A DNA stretch of 39,041 bases, taken from a virus. The stretch lies in the IMG/VR virus record IMGVR_UViG_3300045988_101895; one strand, 5' to 3'. A program made the translations under genes and the position numbers. Shown one piece after another: positions 11,663-19,025 of this stretch. Position 1 is the stretch's first letter. Each line of letters starts with the position of its first letter. A model generated the notes under the pieces. It saw only the letters and a list, made by a program, of their open reading frames with translations. It ran no database searches and was not told the DNA's origin.

Positions 11663-12010
11663 ATGACTTTCCAAGACTTCCACCGGCTCTACATCGACGC
11701 GAGCGAGTGCGACACCGCCGAACTCTTCATGGCGGAGTGCGGCGGCTCCGTCGACTTCGCCAGCCCGGAGGACGCAGTGCGCATCCTGACGGCCATTCAC
11801 GCCATCGTTCACGGCGGCGGCGACTTTCGCGCCATCGCGGGTGCCTGCGGCCTGTCTATTCGCGGTCTTGCGCTGCGTCTTAACATCCCGGAGCGGACGG
11901 CCACCTGCTGGACGGCTAACTCTGACAGCAACCACCGCACGGCCTCCCCTTGGGCGCTGCAGCTGATCGCCTACGCCGCCGTCAACTCCATGGAGGCTGA
12001 CGATGTCTAA
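11663..12010 (+). CDS. hypothetical protein (115 aa), possible HTH
   Basis: RBS TAAGGAGGACTGACCC. Contains IAGACGLSIRGLALRLNIPERTA. It ends with the GATGTCTAA stop-start overlap. Confidence 0.6.
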   Translation: MTFQDFHRLYIDASECDTAELFMAECGGSVDFASPEDAVRILTAIHAIVHGGGDFRAIAGACGLSIRGLALRLNIPERTATCWTANSDSNHRTASPWALQLIAYAAVNSMEADDV

Positions 12011-13025
12011 GCGCCGCTATAAGTGCTGGGTGCTTCGCTCTCCCACCGGCGACCTGTACAGGACGGATTCCATCAGCGACTTTGTCAAGGCTCACCCGGA
12101 CGAGTTTCCCAACGCCCCGTTCGCCATACATCAGTTCTATTCCTGCGGAGTTTACGGCTGGGATGTGGTCTCCCGCCAGACGGAGGACGGGGAGCTTGTT
12201 CTGCCGCCCCACCACCAAAACCGCACCTTCTGGACGCTTCTCTCCCCCTCCGGGGAGGTCTACGGCGCGGCCAATCTTACCCAGTTTCTTTTAGACCACC
12301 CGGAGGATTTCCCAAATCCGTCCGCCGCCTCCTGCGCCTTTACACAGGCCTCCGGCACGACCCGCACCGTCTGCGGCTGGTCAGTGCTCCCCAATCCTGT
12401 CTCCTCCGCCCAAATCACCACGTGGCGCAAATGGCGCTGTTACAAGCTCCTGACCTGCAGCGACTGCGGCAGGGAATACACCGGGCATATCAAGACCATC
12501 CGCTGCCCTGAGTGTCAGGCAGAAGCCGACCGCAGGCATAACGCGGAGTATCGTCAGCGCAAGCTGGCCGGGCAGGCGCGGGAGATCGGCAGCACGGCGA
12601 TCTGCGAGCGGTGCGGGGCGGCGTATACCGTGGAATCGGGCCTGCAGCGCTATTGTAAGGCCTGCGCCCCCGCCGCCATCAAGGAGCAGCGCAACCAAAG
12701 CTCCCGCGAGTGGAATCAGGCCGCCTATGCCGACCAGGGGAAGCGGGACGGCAAGAACGAGGCCCGCCGGGTCGTTCCTCTGCCGCATACCTGCACCGTC
12801 TGCGGCAAGACGTTTTACTCGACCGGCGAACCTCTCTACTGCTCCGAGGATTGCCGCCAGAAGGCCCGGAAGGAATATCAGACCCGCTACGATCAGGAGC
12901 GGCGGGATAAGCGCCGGGAGGACGCAAAGGCCCGCTACGCCAAACTTACGCCGGAGGAAAAGGAACAGCGCAACGCAAAGGCCCGCGAGCGCTACGCCAA
13001 ACGAAAGGAGACGCACGATGTCTAA
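12003..13025 (+). CDS. multi-zinc-ribbon protein, paralog 1 (340 aa): two N-terminal W-L-SP-G-Y modules, three CxxC pairs, basic repeat tail
   Basis: MSKRRYKCWVLRSPTGDLYRTDSISDFVKAHPDEFPN and FWTLLSPSGEVYGAANLTQFLLDHPEDFPN form an internal duplication. The CxxC pairs are CSDCG..CPEC, CERCG..CKAC and CTVCG..CSEDC. The tail reads RYAKLTPEEKEQRNAKARERYAKRKE. Confidence 0.7.
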   Translation: MSKRRYKCWVLRSPTGDLYRTDSISDFVKAHPDEFPNAPFAIHQFYSCGVYGWDVVSRQTEDGELVLPPHHQNRTFWTLLSPSGEVYGAANLTQFLLDHPEDFPNPSAASCAFTQASGTTRTVCGWSVLPNPVSSAQITTWRKWRCYKLLTCSDCGREYTGHIKTIRCPECQAEADRRHNAEYRQRKLAGQAREIGSTAICERCGAAYTVESGLQRYCKACAPAAIKEQRNQSSREWNQAAYADQGKRDGKNEARRVVPLPHTCTVCGKTFYSTGEPLYCSEDCRQKARKEYQTRYDQERRDKRREDAKARYAKLTPEEKEQRNAKARERYAKRKETHDV

Positions 13026-14058
13026 TCGCCGCTACAAGTACTGGGTGCTTCGCTCGCCTTCCGGCGATCTCTACAGGACATACTCCCTCAGCGACTTTGT
13101 TAAGGCGCACCCGGAGGAATTCCCCAACGCAAAAGTCGCCGTCCATGGGCTCTACATTGGAAGCGCGGCAAGCGGCTGGATAGTCGTGTACCGGCAAACC
13201 ATGGACGGAGAGATGATCGCTTCGCCGCCCAAGAAAAATCGCAATTTCTGGACGCTTCGTTCCCCCTCCGGGGAAGTCTACGGGGTCTCCAATCTCAGGC
13301 AGTTCCTCCGCGATCATCCAGAGGATTTCCCAAACATCGACACCGCCGCCAGCGCCTTTACTCAGGTCACTGGCACCGCCCGCACCGTCCGTGGCTGGTC
13401 AGTTCTCCCCGACTCGGAGACCTCTGCTAAAGTCTCCACATGGAGCCCAGTTCCCTTTTGCCGCGACTGCGGCCGCGAACTTACCGGGCACATTAGGGTG
13501 ACCCGCTGCCCGGAGTGCCAGAAGGAGGCCAACCGCAGGAATAACGTGGAATACCGCCAGCGCAAGAGAGACGGGAAAGTTCGGGAGATCGGCAGCACGG
13601 ACATCTGCGAGGCGTGCGGCGGAAAATACACCGTGGAATCCGGCTCGCAACGCTACTGTAAGGCGTGCGCCACCGCCGTTGTCCGGGAGAACTGCAGCAA
13701 AAAGTCCCGTGAGCAGAAAATGGCCGTCCTGAACGAGCGCAGCCGGGCCGTCCCCCTTCCGCATACCTGCACCGTCTGTGGCAAGGAATTTTACGCCATC
13801 GGCAAGCCGCTATACTGTTCCGAGGGCTGTCGCCAGAAGGGCAAGAAGCAATACAAGATCCAGTATGATCTGTCGCGGAAGGAAAAGCACCGGGAGTACG
13901 ACAAAAAGCGCTACGCCCAGCGCACCCCGGAGCAAAAAGAACAGCGCAACGCAAAGGCCCGCGAGCGTTGGGCGAATCGCACCCCGGAGCAGATAGAAAA
14001 ACGCAAGGTTCAGGCTCATGAGCGCTACTTGAGGAAAAAAAATAACGCCGGGGAATAA
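13018..14058 (+). CDS. multi-zinc-ribbon protein, paralog 2 (346 aa)
   Basis: Collinear with paralog 1 (MSNRRYKYWVLRSPSGDLYRTYSLSDFVKAHPEEFPN...). It has the same ATGTCTAA junction with the preceding gene. Confidence 0.7.
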   Translation: MSNRRYKYWVLRSPSGDLYRTYSLSDFVKAHPEEFPNAKVAVHGLYIGSAASGWIVVYRQTMDGEMIASPPKKNRNFWTLRSPSGEVYGVSNLRQFLRDHPEDFPNIDTAASAFTQVTGTARTVRGWSVLPDSETSAKVSTWSPVPFCRDCGRELTGHIRVTRCPECQKEANRRNNVEYRQRKRDGKVREIGSTDICEACGGKYTVESGSQRYCKACATAVVRENCSKKSREQKMAVLNERSRAVPLPHTCTVCGKEFYAIGKPLYCSEGCRQKGKKQYKIQYDLSRKEKHREYDKKRYAQRTPEQKEQRNAKARERWANRTPEQIEKRKVQAHERYLRKKNNAGE

Positions 14059-14076
14059 TCCCCGGCGTTGGTTTTT
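14044..14076. terminator. bidirectional rho-independent terminator
   Basis: AACGCCGGGGA-ATAA-TCCCCGGCGTT forms an 11-bp stem. The A-run at 14034-14042 precedes it and TTTTT (14072-14076) follows. The stop codon of paralog 2 lies in the loop. Confidence 0.8.
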
Positions 14077-14269
14077 ACAGGTGGCGTTCTACTGTTCCCC
14101 GCCACCTGTTGACGATGTTCTGCACGGTTCTAGGGCTGATTCCGAGCTCGTCGGCGATCTGCTCGTAGCAGATGCCGTCGAGGTATTTACGTTTCAGCGC
14201 CCTGCGGTCGCGCTCTGAGCGCACCCACAGATCAATGACCCTCTCGTAATCCTGCCGCCCGTGCTCCAT
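14075..14269 (-). CDS. small sigma-70 region-4-like HTH protein (64 aa)
   Basis: RRALKRKYLDGICYEQIADELGISPRTVQNIVNRW resembles the region-4 HTH. It is the last gene of the leftward late operon. Confidence 0.55.
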   Translation of the reverse strand: MEHGRQDYERVIDLWVRSERDRRALKRKYLDGICYEQIADELGISPRTVQNIVNRWRGTVERHL

Positions 14270-14272
14270 GGG

Positions 14273-14725
14273 TTAGCCCTCCGCGGCCTCGGCAGGATCG
14301 GCAGCGGAGGCTTCCTCAGGCGGTTTCGTCTTCTCCCCGGAGGCGAGCTGCTTCAAATCGAGCTGTTTCCACGCGGCTTTCAGCGCGTCCAAGACGACCT
14401 CCGATTCGATGTTAAATCCCATATCTTTCATTCTGTTTAAAGCATATGCCCATTTGTCTTCCCCGAGATACCGGCCCAGCATGGCTTCCGCGGCTTCCAC
14501 GGCGATCTTCGCCGCGTCGATCATATCCCGCTTCTCCAGCCACGGGCGCACGTAGCGCATCCATACCCGCGCCAGCAGGGCGGACATAGCCGCCGCCAGC
14601 GCGCCGATGATCGAGACGACCACCTGCGTCCAATCCACCTGTTTTAGGATGCTTTCCTCCGCCAGCGCCCAGACGGGCGTGAGCAGGAGCACCAGTGCCA
14701 GCAACCATACCATGATCTTCCTCAT
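14273..14725 (-). CDS. holin, LL-H-like family
   Basis: N-terminal TM segments (VWLLALVLLLTPVWALA and VVVSIIGALAAAMSALLARVW) are followed by AAKIAVEAAEAMLGRYLGEDKWAYALNRMKDMGFNI, typical of LL-H holins. It sits in the lysis cassette. Confidence 0.6.
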   Translation of the reverse strand: MRKIMVWLLALVLLLTPVWALAEESILKQVDWTQVVVSIIGALAAAMSALLARVWMRYVRPWLEKRDMIDAAKIAVEAAEAMLGRYLGEDKWAYALNRMKDMGFNIESEVVLDALKAAWKQLDLKQLASGEKTKPPEEASAADPAEAAEG

Positions 14726-15024
14726 TTTTTCTGCTCCTCGCTTTCCAATTTGTTCAGCCTTGTTTCGTGCGCGTCGATCCTGTGATGGGCGGATTTCGCG
14801 CTTTCCTCCACCTTCCCCACCCGAACGGAGAGATTGACGATATCGTTTCGCATGGCCCGCTGTTCCACCCGGATGTCGTCCACTCCGTTAGCGATACCCC
14901 GGAGGGTGCTCTTGACCTCGCCCTGCTCGGACGCTCCGCCCCTCGTGTCCCGGCGGCCTGTGAGGATCAGCATCAGCAGGGCGACGATCATAGCCGCAAA
15001 GGAGATGATTTCGCTTGTAGTCAT
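14722..15024 (-). CDS. lysis-cassette membrane protein (N-terminal TM plus coiled coil)
   Basis: This is the real 3' part of track ORF 14722..15840. The start MTTSEIISFAAMIVALLMLILTG follows GAAAGGAGGTGAGAACGAA. Confidence 0.6.
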   Translation of the reverse strand: MTTSEIISFAAMIVALLMLILTGRRDTRGGASEQGEVKSTLRGIANGVDDIRVEQRAMRNDIVNLSVRVGKVEESAKSAHHRIDAHETRLNKLESEEQKK

Positions 15025-15086
15025 TTCGTTCTCACCTCCTTTCCGGCATGAACTTTCATATTTTCTTGATTTAATGGTACATAGTT

Positions 15087-15800
15087 TCATCCTTGTACCA
15101 AAAACCGCGACATCATCCACCCCGTCCGCCGGATTCCGTCGGTGCACAGCGCCGTGATCTGTGACCATTCCTCGCCCGGCTGGCGGATAGTAACAGGTGT
15201 GTCGCTCCGCACGTGCCAGTACAGGTTTTCGCCCTGACTGGGCTTGTTCCGCAGCTTCACGGGCAGACCGTTTTCGGCGTACACGGTGGCCTCCGTCATG
15301 GGGCCTAATGGTTCCACCGGCTGGGGAGCGCTTTCCGCCTCCCACGGGCTGGCCCAGTGCGTCCACGGGTAATCCCTGACCGGCTGATGCACCACGCCGT
15401 AGGCCGTACCCCTGGCATGGACGCAGGTGCCGTCCCCCAGCGCAAGGCCGGTGTGCTGCATGATGGAGCCTTTCTGGCGGTACAGGTACACCACCTCGCC
15501 CTCCGGCAGGCTGTCGATGGTGCCCTTGCGCTTCCACGGGCCTTTCCGCCACTGGCTGGTGGCCCCGCTGGGCAGCTCCACCCCCGCCGCCTTGGCGGAA
15601 AAGCGGGTCAGTTGGGCGCAGTCCCACACAGGCCGCCCGTCCCACTTGGCCCCGGTGACAAGGATGTTCTGGGCCTGATCGGGGTATTGGGCTGCCTGCT
15701 GCCGCCGGAAGGCCGCTGTGCACGTCTGGCCCTTGGCCCCGTAGATATACCCCTGTCCGATCTTCGACCGGGCAAAGGCAGCAGCTCTCTCGCCGGTCAT
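15087..15800 (-). CDS. endolysin: NlpC/P60 peptidase with C-terminal SH3-like domain
   Basis: GYIYGAKGQ...WDCAQL (catalytic Cys)...HTGLALGDGTCVHA (His) mark the peptidase. The C-terminal ATVYAENGLPVKLRNKPS...GWMMSRFL is SH3b-like. Confidence 0.8.
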   Translation of the reverse strand: MTGERAAAFARSKIGQGYIYGAKGQTCTAAFRRQQAAQYPDQAQNILVTGAKWDGRPVWDCAQLTRFSAKAAGVELPSGATSQWRKGPWKRKGTIDSLPEGEVVYLYRQKGSIMQHTGLALGDGTCVHARGTAYGVVHQPVRDYPWTHWASPWEAESAPQPVEPLGPMTEATVYAENGLPVKLRNKPSQGENLYWHVRSDTPVTIRQPGEEWSQITALCTDGIRRTGWMMSRFLVQG

Positions 15801-15886
15801 AGCTCGCTCCTTCCCGCCGCCAGCAGTGCGGCCACAACAAAGCCGACGATCCCGCCTACCACAAAGCCGACCACAAAGCCGATCAT
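15797..15886 (-). CDS. 29-aa hydrophobic micro-ORF (possible lysis accessory/holin-like peptide)
   Basis: MIGFVVGFVVGGIVGFVVAALLAAGRSEL. It has ATGA overlaps with both neighbours. Confidence 0.4.
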   Translation of the reverse strand: MIGFVVGFVVGGIVGFVVAALLAAGRSEL

Positions 15887-16299
15887 GCCGTCACTTCCTT
15901 CCACAGGCTTTCCGTTCCGACTGCGCCCGGCTCCCAAACATTATTGTCTACAAGGCTTTCCCACGTCTTGCCGTTGTGCGTTACCTTGTCTCCCTTGGCG
16001 TATGGGTTGGTGCTGTCCGGCTGTACCCATGGCAGGATAGTGCCGCTGGGGTCGGTCAGCACCTTGGCCCACAGGCTTGGCGCGTCGGTGGGTGTCCATG
16101 TGGCTTGTGCTGTGTGTGCCGTTAGGCATCGGTACAGTTCGCCGCTGTAGCGCACCCGGTCTCCCACGGCATAGGCGGCTTCCTCATCCCAATCCGGGAA
16201 CAGTCCCGGCACGGTCAGCGCCTGTTCGTCCGTCAGCATGGCCCCGGCCTTGTCCATCGTCGCCCGGACGATCTTCGCCGCTTCATAAAACTTTCCCAC
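15883..16299 (-). CDS. carbohydrate-binding (CBM5/12-like) tail-associated protein
   Basis: GTG start follows AGGAGGTGGAATAA. YAVGDRVRYSGELYRCLTAHTAQATWTPTDAPSLWAKV and YAKGDKVTHNGKTWESLVDNNVWEPG are two chitin-binding-type repeats. Confidence 0.6.
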   Translation of the reverse strand: MGKFYEAAKIVRATMDKAGAMLTDEQALTVPGLFPDWDEEAAYAVGDRVRYSGELYRCLTAHTAQATWTPTDAPSLWAKVLTDPSGTILPWVQPDSTNPYAKGDKVTHNGKTWESLVDNNVWEPGAVGTESLWKEVTA

Positions 16300-16554
16300 T
16301 TATTCCACCTCCTGTTCTGTGGTCACGCCCAGCAGCTCAAGCGCCGCCTGCATGTCCTCCGCGTCCTTCTGGGCCTGTTCCAAAGCCGTCAGGACGCGCT
16401 CCCCGTCCCGGTAGAAGTCCGTCCCGTCGTAGGTGTCGCCGATGGCCACTGGCAAGTCTCCGCATGGCACGGCGGACGGGAAGTCCTCCGCATTGGCCGA
16501 GTAGAGCCAGATAATGTTGGTCACGACTCCGTTTTCAATCAATGCATAGTTCAT
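16300..16554 (-). CDS. hypothetical tail-fibre-associated protein (84 aa)
   Basis: This is the real 3' part of track ORF 16300..16992. The start MNYALIENGVVTNIIWLYSANAEDFP carries a motif common next to phage fibre genes. Confidence 0.55.
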   Translation of the reverse strand: MNYALIENGVVTNIIWLYSANAEDFPSAVPCGDLPVAIGDTYDGTDFYRDGERVLTALEQAQKDAEDMQAALELLGVTTEQEVE

Positions 16555-16558
16555 TTTT

Positions 16559-17341
16559 TTACCCTCTGTGGTTTCGGATGATGACGATCCCCGAGCCGCC
16601 CGCGCCGGTGGTCGTTCCGTTAGCGGCTCCGCCTCCGCCGCCTGTATTGGTTTCTCCACTTGTACCATTACCCGCGCCGCCTCCGCCATTACCACCGGCC
16701 CCGACGGTCGAGCCCCATCCGCCGCCGCCGCCCGCGTACAAGTCGCCTGTGGACTCGCCGAATTCCCGCGTCGTCGTCCCCTGTCCGGCTCCGCCAGACC
16801 AGTACTGGGAGGCTCCGCCGTCGGCACCGTCCGCGCCGCCAGCGCCGCCCGCCACGTTCCCTTGTCCGGCTTTCCCGCCCGTGGCTCCGCCGCCGGATGC
16901 ACCTCCGCTTCCTTCACCGGCTCCCTGTTGGCTCCACGATTTTCCACCTTGTCCTCCATTAGCGGATACACCCAGCGCGGACGTTGTCCCACCGTCGTTT
17001 CCCTTTACGCTGGCGTTCCCGGCCACGCCAGCGCCTCCCGCGCCGATCACGACTGGGTAGGCCACTCCCTTGGAGACGGTCTTGGTCTCGGTCGCCGTGT
17101 AACCTCCGCCCCCGCCGAAGCCAACGCCGCCGCCGGAAGCTCCGCCGCCGACGCAGAATACATCTACTCCGCCCTTGGCGTTCCCCAACTTGGTAAAGGT
17201 CAGCGTCCCGCTGGTGAGCAGCTTGATCCGCCAGTTTCCGCCTCCGTCGTCGATCAAGGAGGCGTTACCTGTGTACGTGTACTCCGGCATTCCTGTTCCG
17301 CCCCCGGCGTTCCCGCCGGGAAAGTAACTGATAATGCTCAT
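16559..17341 (-). CDS. glycine-rich tail fibre/receptor-binding protein
   Basis: Start MSIISYFPGG at 17341. Long GGxGxG tracts. It lies downstream of the BppU-like fibre. Confidence 0.65.
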   Translation of the reverse strand: MSIISYFPGGNAGGGTGMPEYTYTGNASLIDDGGGNWRIKLLTSGTLTFTKLGNAKGGVDVFCVGGGASGGGVGFGGGGGYTATETKTVSKGVAYPVVIGAGGAGVAGNASVKGNDGGTTSALGVSANGGQGGKSWSQQGAGEGSGGASGGGATGGKAGQGNVAGGAGGADGADGGASQYWSGGAGQGTTTREFGESTGDLYAGGGGGWGSTVGAGGNGGGGAGNGTSGETNTGGGGGAANGTTTGAGGSGIVIIRNHRG

Positions 17342-17342
17342 G

Positions 17343-18635
17343 TCATCCCACCTCCATGATGAGGATCGGCAGCGCCGCCTCCGGTTTGTCGCCAAAGGCG
17401 CTGACGGTGATACTTCCCGCCGCCTGAGCCGTGGCCAGCAGCATGGCGGCGGCAGCCGCTTCCATCTCTTCCGCCGTTACCGTCGGCGCTAGGCCCACGA
17501 TCAGGTGAGCGTCCGCCGCCAGCCCCGTCACGGTCACGGTCTGGGTGTATGGAGCGCTGTCGCCCGTCCAGCCCGCCGCCGTCAGGGTGGCGGTATGTTC
17601 GGTGGCTCCGCCCTGTGGCCGCGCCTCCAGCGCCGCCAGCTTGGCCTGTACCGTCTCTCCGTCCGCAGCGGCGATATCCGCCGCGCCCAACGTGACCGCG
17701 CCGTTCTCCGGGCTTTTCCCATTCACCGTGGCTACCTTTGCGGCCACGGTATCTTTGATGCTTGTCAGGCTGGCTCCCACTGTCTGACTCTCCCCGGACG
17801 CGACCGTGATCTGATCCGCCGTCGGCATGGGGTGGACGTGGTTACCGCGCGACAGCCCGTTGGCCGTACCGGGCGACGCTGTCCCCAGCGCCTCCGGCGT
17901 ACCCTCGTAGTAGTCCACACCGTCCACCGCGCCCGTGTCGCCCCGTGGAATCACCAGATTCAGCACCGGCTCCTCCGCCGTCCCGGTAAAGCTGGCGCTG
18001 GCCTGTGTCCCCGGTGCTCCGGTGGTCACCGTCCCCATGGTGAGGTTTGGGGTCGCGCCCGTCGCTCCCTGTGGGCCGGTCGCTCCCTGTGGGCCGGTGG
18101 GGCCTTGAGGCCCTTGAGGGCCGGTGAACTCGCCGTCTGCCTTGGCCTGTAGGAGTTCATTTTTTGCCGCCGTGGCCGCAGCCGCCGCGGCGTTACAGTT
18201 GGCAATGGCCTGTTCCAGATCGCCGTAGCTTGGGATGGAGCCGCTGGGGTCGATGATAACGCCGTCGCCGCCCCGCTCCACATAGCCGGACAGCCGCATC
18301 AGGCTCCGCTCCCGGCTCCCGTCGTTACAGCGGATGATGAGGACGAAGCTCCCGGCGTACTTGTAGCACTGATCCAGCAGGGGGATGGTGATCGTCCCGC
18401 CGCTGACCGTCCCGGCACAGCGGATCTTCGCCCCGTCCACGGGGCGCTCAAACTCGCCGAATGCCGTCGCCCCGGTCAGGGTCGCCGCCTGTCCGCCCTT
18501 GGTGACGGCCAGCACCACCGTGTCCGCCAGCTTGTCGTTCTGGATGAGCAGCCCCGGCACGTTGAGATTGACCAGCGGGTCGTTCAGCTCGATTTCATAC
18601 CGCGCTACCCGCGCAACGCTCTCCGCCATGGTCAT
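17343..18635 (-). CDS. baseplate upper protein (BppU-like N-terminus) with collagen-like Gly-X-Y stalk
   Basis: The N-terminal ~130 aa resemble BppU. GPQGPQGPTGPQGATGPQGATG is encoded at ~18054-18122. Confidence 0.7.
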   Translation of the reverse strand: MTMAESVARVARYEIELNDPLVNLNVPGLLIQNDKLADTVVLAVTKGGQAATLTGATAFGEFERPVDGAKIRCAGTVSGGTITIPLLDQCYKYAGSFVLIIRCNDGSRERSLMRLSGYVERGGDGVIIDPSGSIPSYGDLEQAIANCNAAAAAATAAKNELLQAKADGEFTGPQGPQGPTGPQGATGPQGATGATPNLTMGTVTTGAPGTQASASFTGTAEEPVLNLVIPRGDTGAVDGVDYYEGTPEALGTASPGTANGLSRGNHVHPMPTADQITVASGESQTVGASLTSIKDTVAAKVATVNGKSPENGAVTLGAADIAAADGETVQAKLAALEARPQGGATEHTATLTAAGWTGDSAPYTQTVTVTGLAADAHLIVGLAPTVTAEEMEAAAAAMLLATAQAAGSITVSAFGDKPEAALPILIMEVG

Positions 18636-18889
18636 CCCTCCTTCGCCAGCTCGACCAGCACGTTTGCGCCGTTTCGGCTGATCCCGTTGAGCCGGGAGTA
18701 GCCCGCGAAGTGCTTGTTTCCCTGATCCTCGTCGATCCGCTCCAGCCAGTCCAGCCCGTCAAATTCCGCGGCGATCTCCGGCAGCCGCCGCCCGTCCGCG
18801 TATTGGAGCATCACGAGGTCTCCGAGCTGTGTCGGCCCGCCCAGATAGGCCGCTTCGTATTCGTGTCCCTTACTCGTCTTGATTTTCAT
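18632..18889 (-). CDS. hypothetical tail protein (85 aa)
   Basis: RBS GGAGGCGAGCCGAA. Overlaps its neighbours. Confidence 0.55.
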   Translation of the reverse strand: MKIKTSKGHEYEAAYLGGPTQLGDLVMLQYADGRRLPEIAAEFDGLDWLERIDEDQGNKHFAGYSRLNGISRNGANVLVELAKEG

Positions 18890-19025
18890 TTCGGCTCGCC
18901 TCCGTTATGGTTTTCAGCAACTCCCGCAATGTCTGGATGCTGGCCAGCAGGTAGTTGAGACTGTTTTCCCCGTGGGTGTCCACCTTGTTCAGCGCTTGGA
19001 TGACGTTCTCAATGATCTCTTTCAT
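18870..19025 (-). CDS. small hypothetical protein (51 aa)
   Basis: MKEIIENVIQALNKVDTHGENSLNYLLASIQTLRELLKTITEASRNENQDE. The ATG overlaps the upstream TGA by 1 nt. Confidence 0.45.
   Translation of the reverse strand: MKEIIENVIQALNKVDTHGENSLNYLLASIQTLRELLKTITEASRNENQDE

Noticed and set aside
14722-15840. The 372-aa minus-strand ORF covering the endolysin region.
   Set aside because: Only its last 100 codons look real (RBS plus a TM/coiled-coil protein). Upstream it is an out-of-frame read of the NlpC/P60-SH3 endolysin gene (15087..15800), which has the catalytic motifs.
18054-18122. Direct nucleotide repeats (gtcgctccctgtgggccg x2 and neighbours) as a non-coding tandem repeat.
   Set aside because: They encode in-frame Gly-X-Y collagen-like triplets within the BppU-like fibre gene.
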